Part shown: positions 39,101 through 51,036 of the stretch, one piece after another
Layout of the letters: each line of letters opens with the position of its first letter
Position numbering within the stretch: the stretch's first letter is position 1
DNA from: Podarcis filfolensis
Lineage: Eukaryota
NCBI GenBank assembly: GCA_964270895.1
Contig: OZ185437.1
DNA length: 64,000 nt
Strand: one strand, 5' to 3'
Made by a program: the position numbers and the translations under genes
The notes under the pieces: model-generated
Database searches by the model: none
The model's input: the letters and a program-made list of their open reading frames with translations, nothing else
Told to the model about the DNA's origin: nothing

Positions 39101-40006
39101 TGTGATTCAAGGACCCAATCCCCGCTTGGGGAATAAAGACACGTGGACACAGTATGTAAGGTTAATGGGTAAGGAAAAGGCCACAACTTTATTGATTACA
39201 GCATGTGAGAAGGTATTGGCTTAGGCATTGGACCACGGAACATTAGACTCCACCCACTCGGAGAGGGGTGAGCCCAAAGGGGGTTTATTCACCAGAAGGT
39301 GGAGCCTGTTGATGCTAATACAACTATAGGCTCTCTCCTGATGTCACCGAGGGTCGTGCCATGACCTCCCGCCACATGGGCATTGGACAGGATCCACGGC
39401 CGCCGGATTCCTTTAGCGGAATACCCAAAATTGTCGAGGAAGGCGATGGCCACACCTTGCCCCCCGAAACACCAACACATTCCAATGCCTAACCGCCAAA
39501 TACCACGAAAGTTGTGACGGTTGCTACGAGGTAGGCGAAAAAAACCAAGAGGCCGGGCCAATTTAGCCAATTGGAAAAAAAAACTCCTACCAGGCCCCCT
39601 GGTTAAACAGGGCGACCAACCAGAGGTCCATAGAAAAGTCTCAGGAAAAGCTAATCTAAAGGGAGTGGAGGGTGGGTGACTCGAAGAAAATGTGTGTGCA
39701 ATGGCGGGGATGGCTGGCGCGGCAGCATTTGAACGGCAAGCCACGCCCCCGCCAAGCTTCCCTATTGGGTGCCCAACCGGGGAGGGGCATGGCACGCCAG
39801 CCCTGGAGTTGAAGCAGGGGGCGGAGTGCCCCCTGCATGACGCGGGAATCGTCTCCCGCTCACAACCCCTCCCCTCCGGGAGGAGGAGAGGCTTTCCCCA
39901 TTGATTGGGGACAACCCCATGGTCTGACAGCACCTTTTCCATCTCCCCTGTTCATTAGACTTTTGTTTGGCTTATATTCCACACCCTTTGGGGCCTACTT
40001 CTCACA
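39101..40006 (-). mobile_element. Probable solo LTR (ERV/Gypsy type), CpG-rich
   Basis: TGTGA...TCACA inverted ends. On the minus strand: CCAAT (39764-39768), GC box (39741-39753), TTCAAAT TATA-like (39727-39733), then AATAAA at 39284-39289 and 39188-39193. Abrupt GC/CpG patch. No TSD, PBS or PPT found, so the ends are uncertain. Confidence 0.6.
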
Positions 40007-40771
40007 AACGGCAGATGGAGATAAAACTGTAAAACTTCGGACTATAGTTTAGAACGCACAAGTACAAATATAAAAGCATTTCTCTGCACATACAAAACTG
40101 GTATACAATGCCAAGCAATAGTTAGTGATTCTTTATACTGCTCAAATACTTATCTATTGCTTGTAACAATAACATTCAAATACTTGTATCTTTTTCTTGG
40201 TATTTGTTTGGACTCCATGGTACACTGGCATATAATTTACTATCTCCTAACCTTTATAGGAATTGCAACTCTCATTTTATATCTTTATCAGGAATACAGC
40301 CATTGGTGATTGTGTATTCCATACTTAAAAGAAATCCATTTGTTGCAGCTGACCTTCCATAGCAGTGTTTACACATTATATATTCCTATGTTATTGCTTT
40401 GCTCATGTTTCTCTAATGCAGTTCAGTCTCCTTTCTATGTATACTATGTTTGGTTGTGCCCTCCTATCACCTTTACGTTAGCTACAAATCTGAATTACAG
40501 TTTCATTCTGCCCAGAGTCCTTGAGGATCTCAGGAAAGAACAGCTACATAGTGTTAGGAACAAGTTTTTAAAACAAGATGAAAATTCACAATCCCACAGG
40601 GAATTAATCTCTACATACATTATCACTATATTATGAATTACTTACATTACTATTGCTCCGTCCCATTATCTCTCATAATAAATAAAAACCTTTCCTAAAT
40701 CTAGGAAATGAAGGGCTGTATGGGTGACCTCTATGATTTGGATAATCACCACTGTGTGCATTTCTACACTA

Positions 40772-41183
40772 CAGGCAATTCCCCATTTACATGGGGGTTA
40801 TGTTCCAAGGCACCACACGTTTAAGTGAAATTGCGTATATTTGAAACACCAGTGTAAAAGCCTGCAAACACCATCCAGACCTCTGGAAACCCCTAAAAAG
40901 CCAGCAGCACTTACCAGATGCCAAACCTTGCCAAACTCCACCACAATTGCTCCCTCCAAACCTCCTTATTCCAACTCCAACTCTCCAAAGGCCTCAACAG
41001 TTGGTGCAAGGGCTTGCGGGACTGTACTTGCAAAGGCTCATGGGATTGTTTTTGTGCCTTTTTGCCCTTTCTGGGCTCCTTTAGGGCCGTTTTCCCCATT
41101 TGTAAAGTCACTTCCAGGTTTAGCGCAACACACAGGTGCGTAGTTGCATGTCAACTGGATGTGCATAAGTTGATTGTTGCCTG
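40772..41183. mobile_element. Tc1/mariner (Tigger-like) non-autonomous element
   Basis: TA|CAGGCAAT...GTTGCCTG|TA termini. Sub-terminal CCCCATTTACATGGGGG hairpin. Confidence 0.7.
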
Positions 41184-41454
41184 TATTGTGATTGCTCTTC
41201 ACAGTGACCCTGTGCTCCTCCCCACCTGGAGGCATCAGTTCATACAGTCAATACTTCCATGTTCATTGTAAATCTATGTGACCATCAGCAGCTTTATGCA
41301 CTCCTGGAGAGGATCATGTGAGACTGGCCTAAACCAACCCTAAGATAAAACTGATCATGACCTTTTGTCCTCACATATAAGTTGAAGTATGAACAAGCCT
41401 TTTGGCTGCGTATGCCTCTCCTTTCCTGTGTGAGAAAAAAAGCAAGCACAGTTA

Positions 41455-41712
41455 TAAGGTTGCCAGTTCAAATCCACACAACAGGGTCCTAGCCCCTGCC
41501 AAACTAAGCAGTTTGAAAGCATACCAGTGCGAGTAGATAAAGAGGTACCACTGCAGTGGGAAGAAGCAGTTTAGTCATGTTGGCCACCTGACCTGGAAAA
41601 ACTGTCAGCGGACAAATGCCAGCTCCCTTAGCCTGAAAGCGGAGATTAGTGCAGCACCCCATAATCAAATTTGACTGGACTTAACCGTTCGGGGGGCCTT
41701 TACCTTTACCTT
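41455..41712 (+). mobile_element. Sauria SINE, internally deleted/diverged
   Basis: GCAGTTTGAAAGCA...GAGTAGATAAAGAGGTACC core and GCCTTTACCTTTACC tail. Confidence 0.8.
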
Positions 41713-41951
41713 ACAGGATCAGCTTTTAATTTAATCATACACATCTAATCTTTTTCCCTTTTCCACTTTCCCTTCTCTTTCTTAAAAAATGCAAAACAAG
41801 GAAAATATTGCAATATCATTTGTGCAATGCAGAAGTCGAGGCATGACTCTCAAACTGAAGGCCAGTGCCACCTCAGACATAAAGAGGAGTGCCACCCTTT
41901 GCTGATTTCACTCCTTGACAGCTTTATGGAAGCAAGTGTCACTCTCTAACC

Positions 41952-42075
41952 TAGATTTCTCCAACCTGTCACTCTGCAAGTGTTGGGACTGCAACTCCTA
42001 TCAGCTATGCTGGCTAAGACTGATGGGAACTGTAGTCCAAAACATCTCAGGGCATGAGTTTGGGAAATGTGGTTC
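41952..42075. mobile_element. Palindromic MITE (GGACTACAACTCCCATC family)
   Basis: Arms GGGACTGCAACTCCTATC / GATGGGAACTGTAGTCC. Related half-copy at ~47550-47585. Confidence 0.55.
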
Positions 42076-43140
42076 TAAGTTTCCCTCCCTACCGCCTTCT
42101 AGGCATAGAAGCAACACATTTGTTTGTTTTAAATTGGTGAAGGATGACTGAGATGATTTTGATAATATTCTTCCTGCTTATTCAGATATAGCCATGGGAT
42201 AGTGAAGCTTTCTGTCAACCACTGAAACCCTACCTGATTTCTTTGTTTAAAAAATAAGGTCAGCAAGCCTTTGTGGGGTCAGCACTTACTTTTGCTGTTA
42301 TATCGCTTCCCATTAAGAATGCAGGTTTATGGGTCCCATCCCCCCAATGTGGATGGATCACTTTCTTTTCCCTCTCCCTTTCACGACTACTTATCATCAT
42401 ACCAGCAACTATTGAATAATTCCTGGCCTACCACCAGAGATTCAGGCATGTGAGTTTATGTGAGGAGAGATGAAACCAGGTCTGTGCTACAGATGAAAGC
42501 TCACAGCAAGTCTAAATCCTTCTTAGTGATACCAATGAATGCAACCACAGGAGCCATCTCAAATGGACTCAAATATTGTTCTCTCCCTTTTACATTTCCT
42601 TTATGCTAGTTATATATATTTTTTTCTTATAGACACAGCCCCTCTGCCCCTGGTGCTTGGTAGTAACCCTCCTGCCTTTGCTTTTTATTTTGATCTTGAC
42701 CCAGGGTTAAGGGAAACTGTGATAAGACTTTAAAGCCCAGTAAACTCAGCATACTGTACATCTTTAGCAAACAGACTGATTTCATCCTTCCACCTGTATT
42801 TTCTGAATCAAGTAGCTTTCTAAAGTGACTGCTACAAACAGGAAAGCATAGTGTCTGCATTCAGATGATGATATCTCAGATTAATAAGCCAAGACAAAAA
42901 TACCCATTTCATCATTCATATAGCAACTTTGCTCTTTACTTCACTCGTCAGCAAGGAAGTCTTCTGTCAACCATAGCTTCCCATTTTATTGAAATCAGGA
43001 ACTATGGCTAATGACTTTGTAACAAGCCAGGATGTTAAGCTAAATTCAAACCATCTCTTAATATCCTAGCTTGTTCTGAAGCTGTAACTATAGTTTCTCT
43101 TCCATCTGAACTGGGAAACTATGATTAATAGAAGAACTCA

Positions 43141-43169
43141 GGGTTGGTTGGTTGGTTGGTTGGTTGGTT
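43141..43169. repeat. (GGTT)n microsatellite
   Basis: Direct read. Confidence 0.95.
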
Positions 43170-43176
43170 TGCTTGC

Positions 43177-43225
43177 TGCAAGCCCAAGAGGTTCGGTGGT
43201 TTAGACCACTGCACCACCCATGTCC
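43177..43225 (-). mobile_element. Sauria SINE head fragment next to (GGTT)n
   Basis: GCAAGCCCAAGAGG.TC.GTGGTTTAGACCACTGCACCACC resembles the heads at 17300-17345 and 48690-48730. Confidence 0.55.
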
Positions 43226-46200
43226 AGCTAGGGATGCAGCTAGGGATGAACAGATCAGCCCATGGGAGTCAACCAAGTGGGCGGTGGGGGTCCCCAAGCG
43301 GGTGGAAGGGTCCATAGGCCAATTAAATTACCCCCCATGGGCTGCTTGTGGCCCATGGGCCTTAGGTTGCTACCCCTGCTGTAATCTCTTAAACTATATT
43401 ATTATATTAGCACTGCACAGAAATTCTCCTGGTATTGAGTAGGAAGCTAAGCAATGACGGGACTAACAATACAATTAAAGAGCCCTAATCAAGGTCAAAA
43501 AAGGTTACTACAGTCTTCATCATCCATGCTTTTTGCTCTCTGATTCATAATGTGTAGACTAAATGGATATGGTAATGTGACTGCTTATGCACATCCTTCA
43601 CAAAATATAAGAAGTCCCAGAAATCTCAGCCATAATCCATATATTCATCTCTTTCCTTCTTTCCACTTCGTTATCACTTCTTCTCTTTACCATATTTATG
43701 CTGAAAATAAGCATCTAGTGGCTGTGTACATTAGCAGCACTTGTGATTCAGGAATTAGCAATGACTACGGGATCTGAAAGACCACCAGCAGACTTGCCCA
43801 CAAGTTATCCCGCTGAGGTTAAATGAGATTGCCTATCTGTGTTAATGCTTGTGCATATATTTCAACTCTCTAGCTAAGAGACAAGCTTCCTGTGTTTTTG
43901 AACAGAAGTTTCAAAGCTGATGGTTAACAGGAATGCTCCAAAGCTATGTCATCTCTTTAGGGCGTTTCAGCTCCCCTACCCCCAAATCCATTAATAGCAC
44001 ATTGGTTGTTGTCAGAGTGTCTATTATGAGGCTCAGGCTGTGAAAGCTGTCTCACCACCAGCAAGATATGACAGGACTGTAAGAGAGGGAGGAGAGGTAA
44101 CCAGAGATAGATATGTGCTGCCTTGGCGACAATTTCTGGGGGGAAAGACAGAGATGGATCAGTAAAAATTTCCATTAAATCAAGAAAAACACAACTTGCC
44201 CCTAACATCACCTCTGATGGCTTCCTAGACCAGCTGCTTTACAGACACCCTACTGGGGAACAAATTGCTTTCCTGGCAGGACACTTGGACACTCCTGCAT
44301 TAATAGATATGGATCCCAGCATGCCAAGCCAAGCAAGAAGGCAATTTAATATGAGCAACACTGTCATCTCAATTTAGGACAAACAGCTAGGATGCCCTAC
44401 AGGGCATTGCAACAGCTTCTAGAAGTAGACAACATAAGACATTCTCGCTGTCTTAGGGCTATGCAAAGCTGGTGTTTCCAGTAATAAGCCAAACCAAGGA
44501 GAGTGGGAAAATGTAAAATGCAGAGCATTGTACTGTCTGGGAGCATCAGTTTCAATTCACAGGGCTTTTGCTTGTGCACGACTGCAGCAAAGCTTGGAAG
44601 GAAGAACGGCAGCAGCAACCACAGAAACAGGTGTAACACTAGGTGGCAGGCCTTTCATATCCAGGTAGCAAGAAACAGTCACAGAGAGAAAAACCCAGAA
44701 AGCAAAGGCAGGGAAAGCTTTAGTAGTTCTCTCTAAGCAGTGCTACACATTACAGAGAACAGCAATGACATGTGTGTGGGTGTGTAGCTTTTCAAAATGC
44801 ATTATTCCCCCCACCCTGCAGCTAGCATCTTTTCCAGAATTAGTAGAAAAGGCTATTCCTAATCTACAGCTGCAAAAAGACAGGTGCTGCGATGCGTCAG
44901 AGATTTACCGTGCTGATTTACTAAGTGATTTACAGGGTTGAGTTTTCACAGGCAGCAGACCCATGACTTAATCAGATACACGGTCTCAGATATGTCACAT
45001 TAGTTTTTATTAAAAGGATGAAGCCACTCTTTTTAAAATCAGGGTTATGCTGATGCATGGCTCAAAACAACAGAGATCTATTCAACAGAAGATGAAATCA
45101 CATGACTATCAGCCACAGGGTGGACATTTTCAAAGTTACCGTACTCAATGGTGGCTCAAATTGTATGGAAAGTCACCCAACTGTAAACAGTGAACCAATT
45201 ATGATGCTCTCAAAGCAGCTTGGAAATTGGGGAAGTGGGGGACACTCATTTCATGATAATTAACCAAAGTTACAGATGTCAGTTGGATGTTATAAATGCT
45301 TGTGTGAAACCACTGTTTGATCTAAAGCAAATTTTTGCCACTCATATACATCTGCAAAATTGCCAACCCTCCAAATACCTAAAAACAAGATACCACAGTC
45401 TGTTTTTAGGAAGCCAGTAGAAGTTTGCATAATTAGAAAAATCAATAGAGGTTGGAGGTGCTGGCTTTGGACACCAAGAATAATGGATGGGATCAACAAA
45501 CCAGAAGGATGCCGTAGAGAGAGAAAATTAACAATAGCAGCCGGGACAAAAATAGTCAGGCTATACTTGGTACAGGAAAGGTTTTCAGACCAAGTGAGGC
45601 ACCACATATGACTCCCATGGCAGACCACAACGAAAATGCAGGCATTTAGAACATAACAGTTTGATCAGTACTAAGATGTCATTTGTTGGAAATCAATGTA
45701 GTTTTATCTTCCCTTGTTGAGCCTCTACCTAAGTTGCTAAATGTCTCAAGATCGGCATGTAGATTTGTTGAGTACTCAATATTTCTAAATATTATTTACT
45801 TTGCAATTAATCACAGGCACCATGCTCAATGACAGCAGATAAAGAATGCTGGGTTAAAAGTGATTATAAAATAGTGCAATCTTAGGGCCCAGCTGGATAT
45901 GAAGAGGCCAGTTAGATATTTTATTCATATTCTGGCCCCATTCATGTAGAAAGGGAGGACGAATTAATTTTTCACATTAAATGGGCATGTGGGTGAGGAG
46001 AACTAAGCCTTCCTATTACCTCCCTGCTCTGAGTCATTTCAGTCACTTTTTATTTATTTTAACAGGATTTATATACTGCCTAATTTAGAAAACTAAACTA
46101 AACACCACAAGCAGTTTAAAAGCAAATAGACTTAATAAAATAATCAAATTCTAGATAAAACCAACAGGTTTAAAAACAAATATACATAACACAATTACTA

Positions 46201-47271
46201 ATCTGGGTAGGTTTGCCTAAACAGAAAAAAATAATGGAAGAAGTATCAAAAGCAGTACAATATTAGAAGGCTGTTCCAGAGAACTGGTGTTGCAAATTAG
46301 GTAGGATTGCTTATGATTGCAAACTGAACCAAATTTCTCCTCTATTTCTAACCAGATCCCCACCAGCCTCAGTTTTACCTGGGCAAATAAGTTTTAAAAA
46401 AACCCAAACGTGGCTGCTGCCATTATGTCTAGTTTGGAGAGACTGCAATAAGCTAGCTATTGACTTGTGAAGGAAGCTCAGCCTCACTTACAAATTAAAC
46501 CCTATCCTGAAGACAGCCTTGATCAAGTCAGATCTGAAGTACGTTTCCCAAGTCGACATAATAATAACCCCCTCCTTCTGTGAATTGCTTCAAAACAGAT
46601 CTTCGGGACAATGCATAACAAAAGGTGTAAACGCTATTGGGGGGAAATGATGGTTCAGATGAAGAATGATGACAGAGTCGTGACTGTAATAGCATGTTAC
46701 TAAAACACTATGGTCCCCTTTTACTGGAAGAACACTATACTATAATAAAAGCTTCTCCTGCAAAACACAAGTTAAAATGCAGCCAAAAAACTGTGCTCTG
46801 CGAGAAGAGCCTCAGTAAAGGATTTTTTTGTATATTCTACCAACCCCCCCCCCAAAAACACTCAATTGTTCTCCCCACACTGTTCTACAACATTTATCTT
46901 TCTCTGCAATGAATCAGAGGAAGTCGATGGAAAGGTTAAACTGAGAAGCCATGAAAAAGTTTTCCTGAATACAAATACCAACAATTTCTCCACTTAAAAA
47001 AGTAATAATTTGTATGTGTTGAAGGCAAGGCTGCTGTAAGGGGAGTTGGAGGAAAGAAGCCGTATGGGTTGGGTGGGGGGTGGGGGAGAGACAACAATCC
47101 ATCTAAAACTACAGCCACTAACCCCTATGGGTAACATTATTTTGGGAAGAACCAAGTGATTGCCTTCATCCACGTGGTTCTTTTGGGCACTGTTACCATA
47201 GCTGCGTTGGAAGACAAGAATGAGGAAGTGATTCTCATGCCACTTGTCAATAAGTGTGAATTTTTTCCTCA

Positions 47272-47273
<2 letters not shown>

Positions 47274-47327
<54 letters not shown>
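47274..47327. repeat. (AT)n microsatellite, one interruption
   Basis: Direct read. Single C at 47311. Confidence 0.97.
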
Positions 47328-48086
47328 TGACAAGCCTATCTTTTCTTTTCTTGGGTGATTATAGTTAAAGGTGAGCTGAGAATATGTAGCAGGGGTGCTG
47401 GTCTATTCCTCTTTCAGCCTCACAACAACCCTTCAAAGCAAGTTAGGCTGTGACCGGCACATCACCCAGTGTGAACTTCATGAGTAAATTAAGATTTGAG
47501 CTGAGTATCCCCAGCCCTAATCAGACACTCTTAATTCAGTTTCCCCTAAGTGTTTTGGACTACAACTTCCATCATCCATGACCAATGGTCATGGTAATAT
47601 CCGATGGTAATATCATATTAATATCATACGGGAGGAAGCTGCTCTAATCAATACACCATATTGATAATCTTCTAAAGATTAGTGTGTGGATTCATGCTGC
47701 AGGCTTAGATCATTGGTGCTTTAAGCTGTTATCTACTTTGCCACTAGAGTAACAACACTTCTAGGCACGCTAAAAAATCTCACAACAGAATTCCTGTTTA
47801 TTTTAAAAGACGACATTTTGATTTCACTTACTGTGTGGACTGCTAAAAATTTATAGTGTGTTTACCTGGAAACATTCAAGGAGGGAGATAAAGGAGGATG
47901 ATTTGGATAGTTTTGAACCACTCCATATGTACAACCTTCCAAATTATTGTGCTACCCATAGGTGTTTAGGACTGGGCACACCATTGTATTAGTACAAACA
48001 TGCAAAAAAAAATATGTGAAGTATGTATTTTAATTTTCCTGTGTTTTATTGATTTTCAGATGTAACAGAACAAAGGAAACAACAAT

Positions 48087-48203
48087 GTTGTTGTTGTTGT
48101 TTAGTCGTTTAGTCGTGTCCGACCCCATGGACCAGAGCACGCCAGGCACTCCTGTCCTCCACTGCCTCCCGCAGCTTGGTCAGACCCATGTTTGTAGCTT
48201 CGA
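48087..48203 (-). mobile_element. BovB extreme 3' end (117 bp) with TSD
   Basis: GTTGTTGTTTAGTCG...CCCCATGGACCAGAGCACGCCAGGCAC is shared with the 52.7-kb copy. 11-bp TSD GAAACAACAAT at 48076-48086 and 48204-48214. Confidence 0.9.
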
Positions 48204-48371
48204 GAAACAACAATATTACCAACCAAAGACTATGGTTTTAAGGAAAAAATATGCAATGCTTAGAAGTGCATTTCTATTATATTGGTAGCTCAAGATCATG
48301 ACTAAATAAACACGTGTGCCTTTAATGCCCCACTTTAAAACTTCCCGAGACCAAGGGGTCCACTTCTCCCA

Positions 48372-48736
48372 AGAGAAAAAAAAGGTAAAGGGCCCCAGGA
48401 TGGTTAAGTCCAGTCAAAGGTGACTATGGGTTTGCAGAACTCGTCTCGCTTTCAGGCTGAGGGAGATGGAGTTTGTCTACGGACAGCTTTCCGGGTCATG
48501 TGACCAGCATGACTAAACTGCTTCTGGTGCAACGGAACACCAGAGTACATGGAAACGTCGTTTATCTTCCAGCCGCAGCAGTGCCTATTTATCTACTTGC
48601 ACTGATGTGCTTTTGAACTGCTAGGTTGTCAGGAGCTGGGACAGAGGAACGGGAGCTCACTCCGTTGCAGGGATTCGAACTGCTGACCGGCAAGCCCAAA
48701 GGCTCAGTGGTTTACACCATAGCGCCTCCCGCGTCT
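48372..48736 (-). mobile_element. Sauria SINE with TSD
   Basis: Same core and tail motifs. 9-bp direct repeat CTTCTCCCA at 48363-48371 and 48737-48745. Confidence 0.88.
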
Positions 48737-50229
48737 CTTCTCCCACCTTGCCTGCAAATTTGCTTACAAAGCTTTTCTGCTATTATCTTAGTTCCGCCCC
48801 ATAAGATTTTATTAAAGCTTTTTCATAATACAGTAAGATAAAAGAAACAAATCTAAATAAAAACTAAAACAGGGAGAGAAAGAGAGAAGAAAACACAGTT
48901 CTTTCTCAAAGGTACCTCTTAACCCTTGTCACGAACAGAAAGTGGTGGACCCCCCCCCCCCCCCCAGCTCTTACCTGGGAGCTTTCTTTTCTTCTCCCAG
49001 CAAGTATGTCAATGAAAATGTTCAGAACAGGAGTTAGTATTCCCACCCCACCCTGCCTCCAGTGTGGAAAATCAGCATAATCCGTTCACACTGCGAAATC
49101 ACAACTGTTCTCCTGTAGTACATGTTGAAATTACACAGATAACATTTCTATAATCAAGCAGCATTTATAAATGTTATGAGGGCAATTTGTTTCTGCCATG
49201 TGTCAATGTACTTTAATGCAATTTTCAATAGCTACATGTCACACTGAAAACGAAGATTGAGCTGTCTGGACGTCTATTGACTGAAATAATATAAGTGATC
49301 ATTTGCTAATAATTAATTCTATGCCCCACTGGGACGAATTACATTGCTTGAAAGGGAAGCAATACAATAACAGTGACAGGTTTCCCTGAACGGTGAAATC
49401 TTTTAGCACATATCGCAAAAATGCATCCATAAATCTATTATTTTGTTCTGCATGTGTTGCTATTTTCTCATTGATTTGATCAAACTTGTCAATAAACCAT
49501 GTTTTCCACCATTACATTGTTCACAGTCAAGAGACAGGGTGGCACCATAAAAGTAATGGGGGATTTCTCAGAAAGGGTGAGCTTTAGCCACATTTTAGAT
49601 TTCTGGAAAAGAAGTAATCTGAAACAGATTTTCTTTCATGTAAGTTCTGTTGAATTTGACGGAGTTAACTTTCAAGTACCATATTGGCCTAAATATAAGC
49701 CTCACTCTTTCCCACCCAAATTCTGACGTGCAGTTGCATCTTACGTTCTGTTCAGGATGCGAATGGGGGGTGGGGTGGGGTGTCCAGAACGGATCCTTTT
49801 CGCATCCCGAGGTACCACTGTACAGTAAATATTGGAGCCTTATATTTGTAGTTTATGATTCAGATAAAATTTGGAAGTGGAAAATGTCTTCTTGTCAAGT
49901 GACTAATTATGGAGCTAGTTTGATGATTTGTCCGAGAGGCTGTTTGCCCCATACGTTTCTGGTGCAGCTTATGGAAAGAGAACCTGACTAAGTCAAAGAG
50001 AGGACACGGATGTGCTTGCCACTAAGGACTTGGTTGGCTTAGTGGGTCACAGGTTGTTTAACCTCCTCTACAGCCTCTATGGCTTTGGATCTTTGAAAAG
50101 CCTCTCATTAAGTGAGGAAAACTGGGATATTCCAGATTTTTAGCAATGGTGGCAATGCACCATTGACTTAGCAGAACAGTAAGAGAAATACAGGTTGCTG
50201 GCATTGGCTTGCATTCAGGCTGTTGTCTG

Positions 50230-51036
50230 AGATTAGTTATGGACAGGAGGACAGTCAATACTGAAGCCAAATCCCAATAAGATGAATATGTTGTTGGTGG
50301 GTGGTCTAGAAATGTTGGGCGATAATGTTTGGTTAGTTTTGAGGAGGGTTGCACTCCTTCTGAAGGATGAGGTTCCTAAGCCTGGGATAACATTAGATTT
50401 TTACTTTTCTGTGGAGGCCCAAGTTGCCTTGAGGTCACTAGATGGCTTTTGTCCACTAGCATTGATGAATCACTATTTTCACGACCAAGATAGCCTAGTC
50501 ACAGTTATTCATAATGTGCTAACATCCCACTTGGTTTACTGCAACCTGTTGTACATGGGGCTGTCACTGACGACAGCTGAGAAACTGCAGTTGGTACAAA
50601 ATCTGTAGAAAGACTGATAATTGGTACCAGGTATATGGAATACACCTCACCAGTTTGAAAACAATTGTGCTGGTTTCTAATTTACTTCTGGCTGCTGAAT
50701 GGTTTGGGTACAGGGTATATTAAGTGCTTTCAACACATAGCTGACAAGTTACTATTACAGTATCTTTCTTTGAGACCCTTCTTTGGTCCCCTCACCTTCA
50801 GCTGTGGTTCCCTGACTTTCCTCTACTGTCCTCAAGGAGACATCCTTTCAGGGCCAGGTGAAGACCTTTTCTAATATGGCTTGCATTGTTTTAGTTTTCC
50901 ACTGCTCTTACTGTGTTTATTATTTTCTCAGGTTGTTTTACTATGTTAAATTTATGCTAGCTGCTCTGAGAGAATATTCTCTGAAGGGTGGGATATGAAT
51001 TTTCCAAATAAGTAAGTAAGTAAGTAAGTAAGTAAG
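50230..51036 (+). mobile_element. Old degraded L2 3' portion with (TAAG)n tail
   Basis: ORF 50282-50608 retains VEAQV and SHLVYCNLLYMGL...KLQLVQN (cf. RLDYCNALYVGL...KLQLIQN). L2-like 3' UTR ends in TAAG repeats. Boundaries approximate. Confidence 0.75.

Noticed and set aside
39289-39942. 217-aa ORF on the minus strand
   Set aside because: Lies inside the GC-rich LTR-like element. No gag/pol/env motif, and long open frames are expected in GC-rich DNA.
46660-46760. ATGATGA C-box-like motif (also ~4890), possible intronic snoRNA
   Set aside because: No suitably placed CTGA D box or terminal stem.
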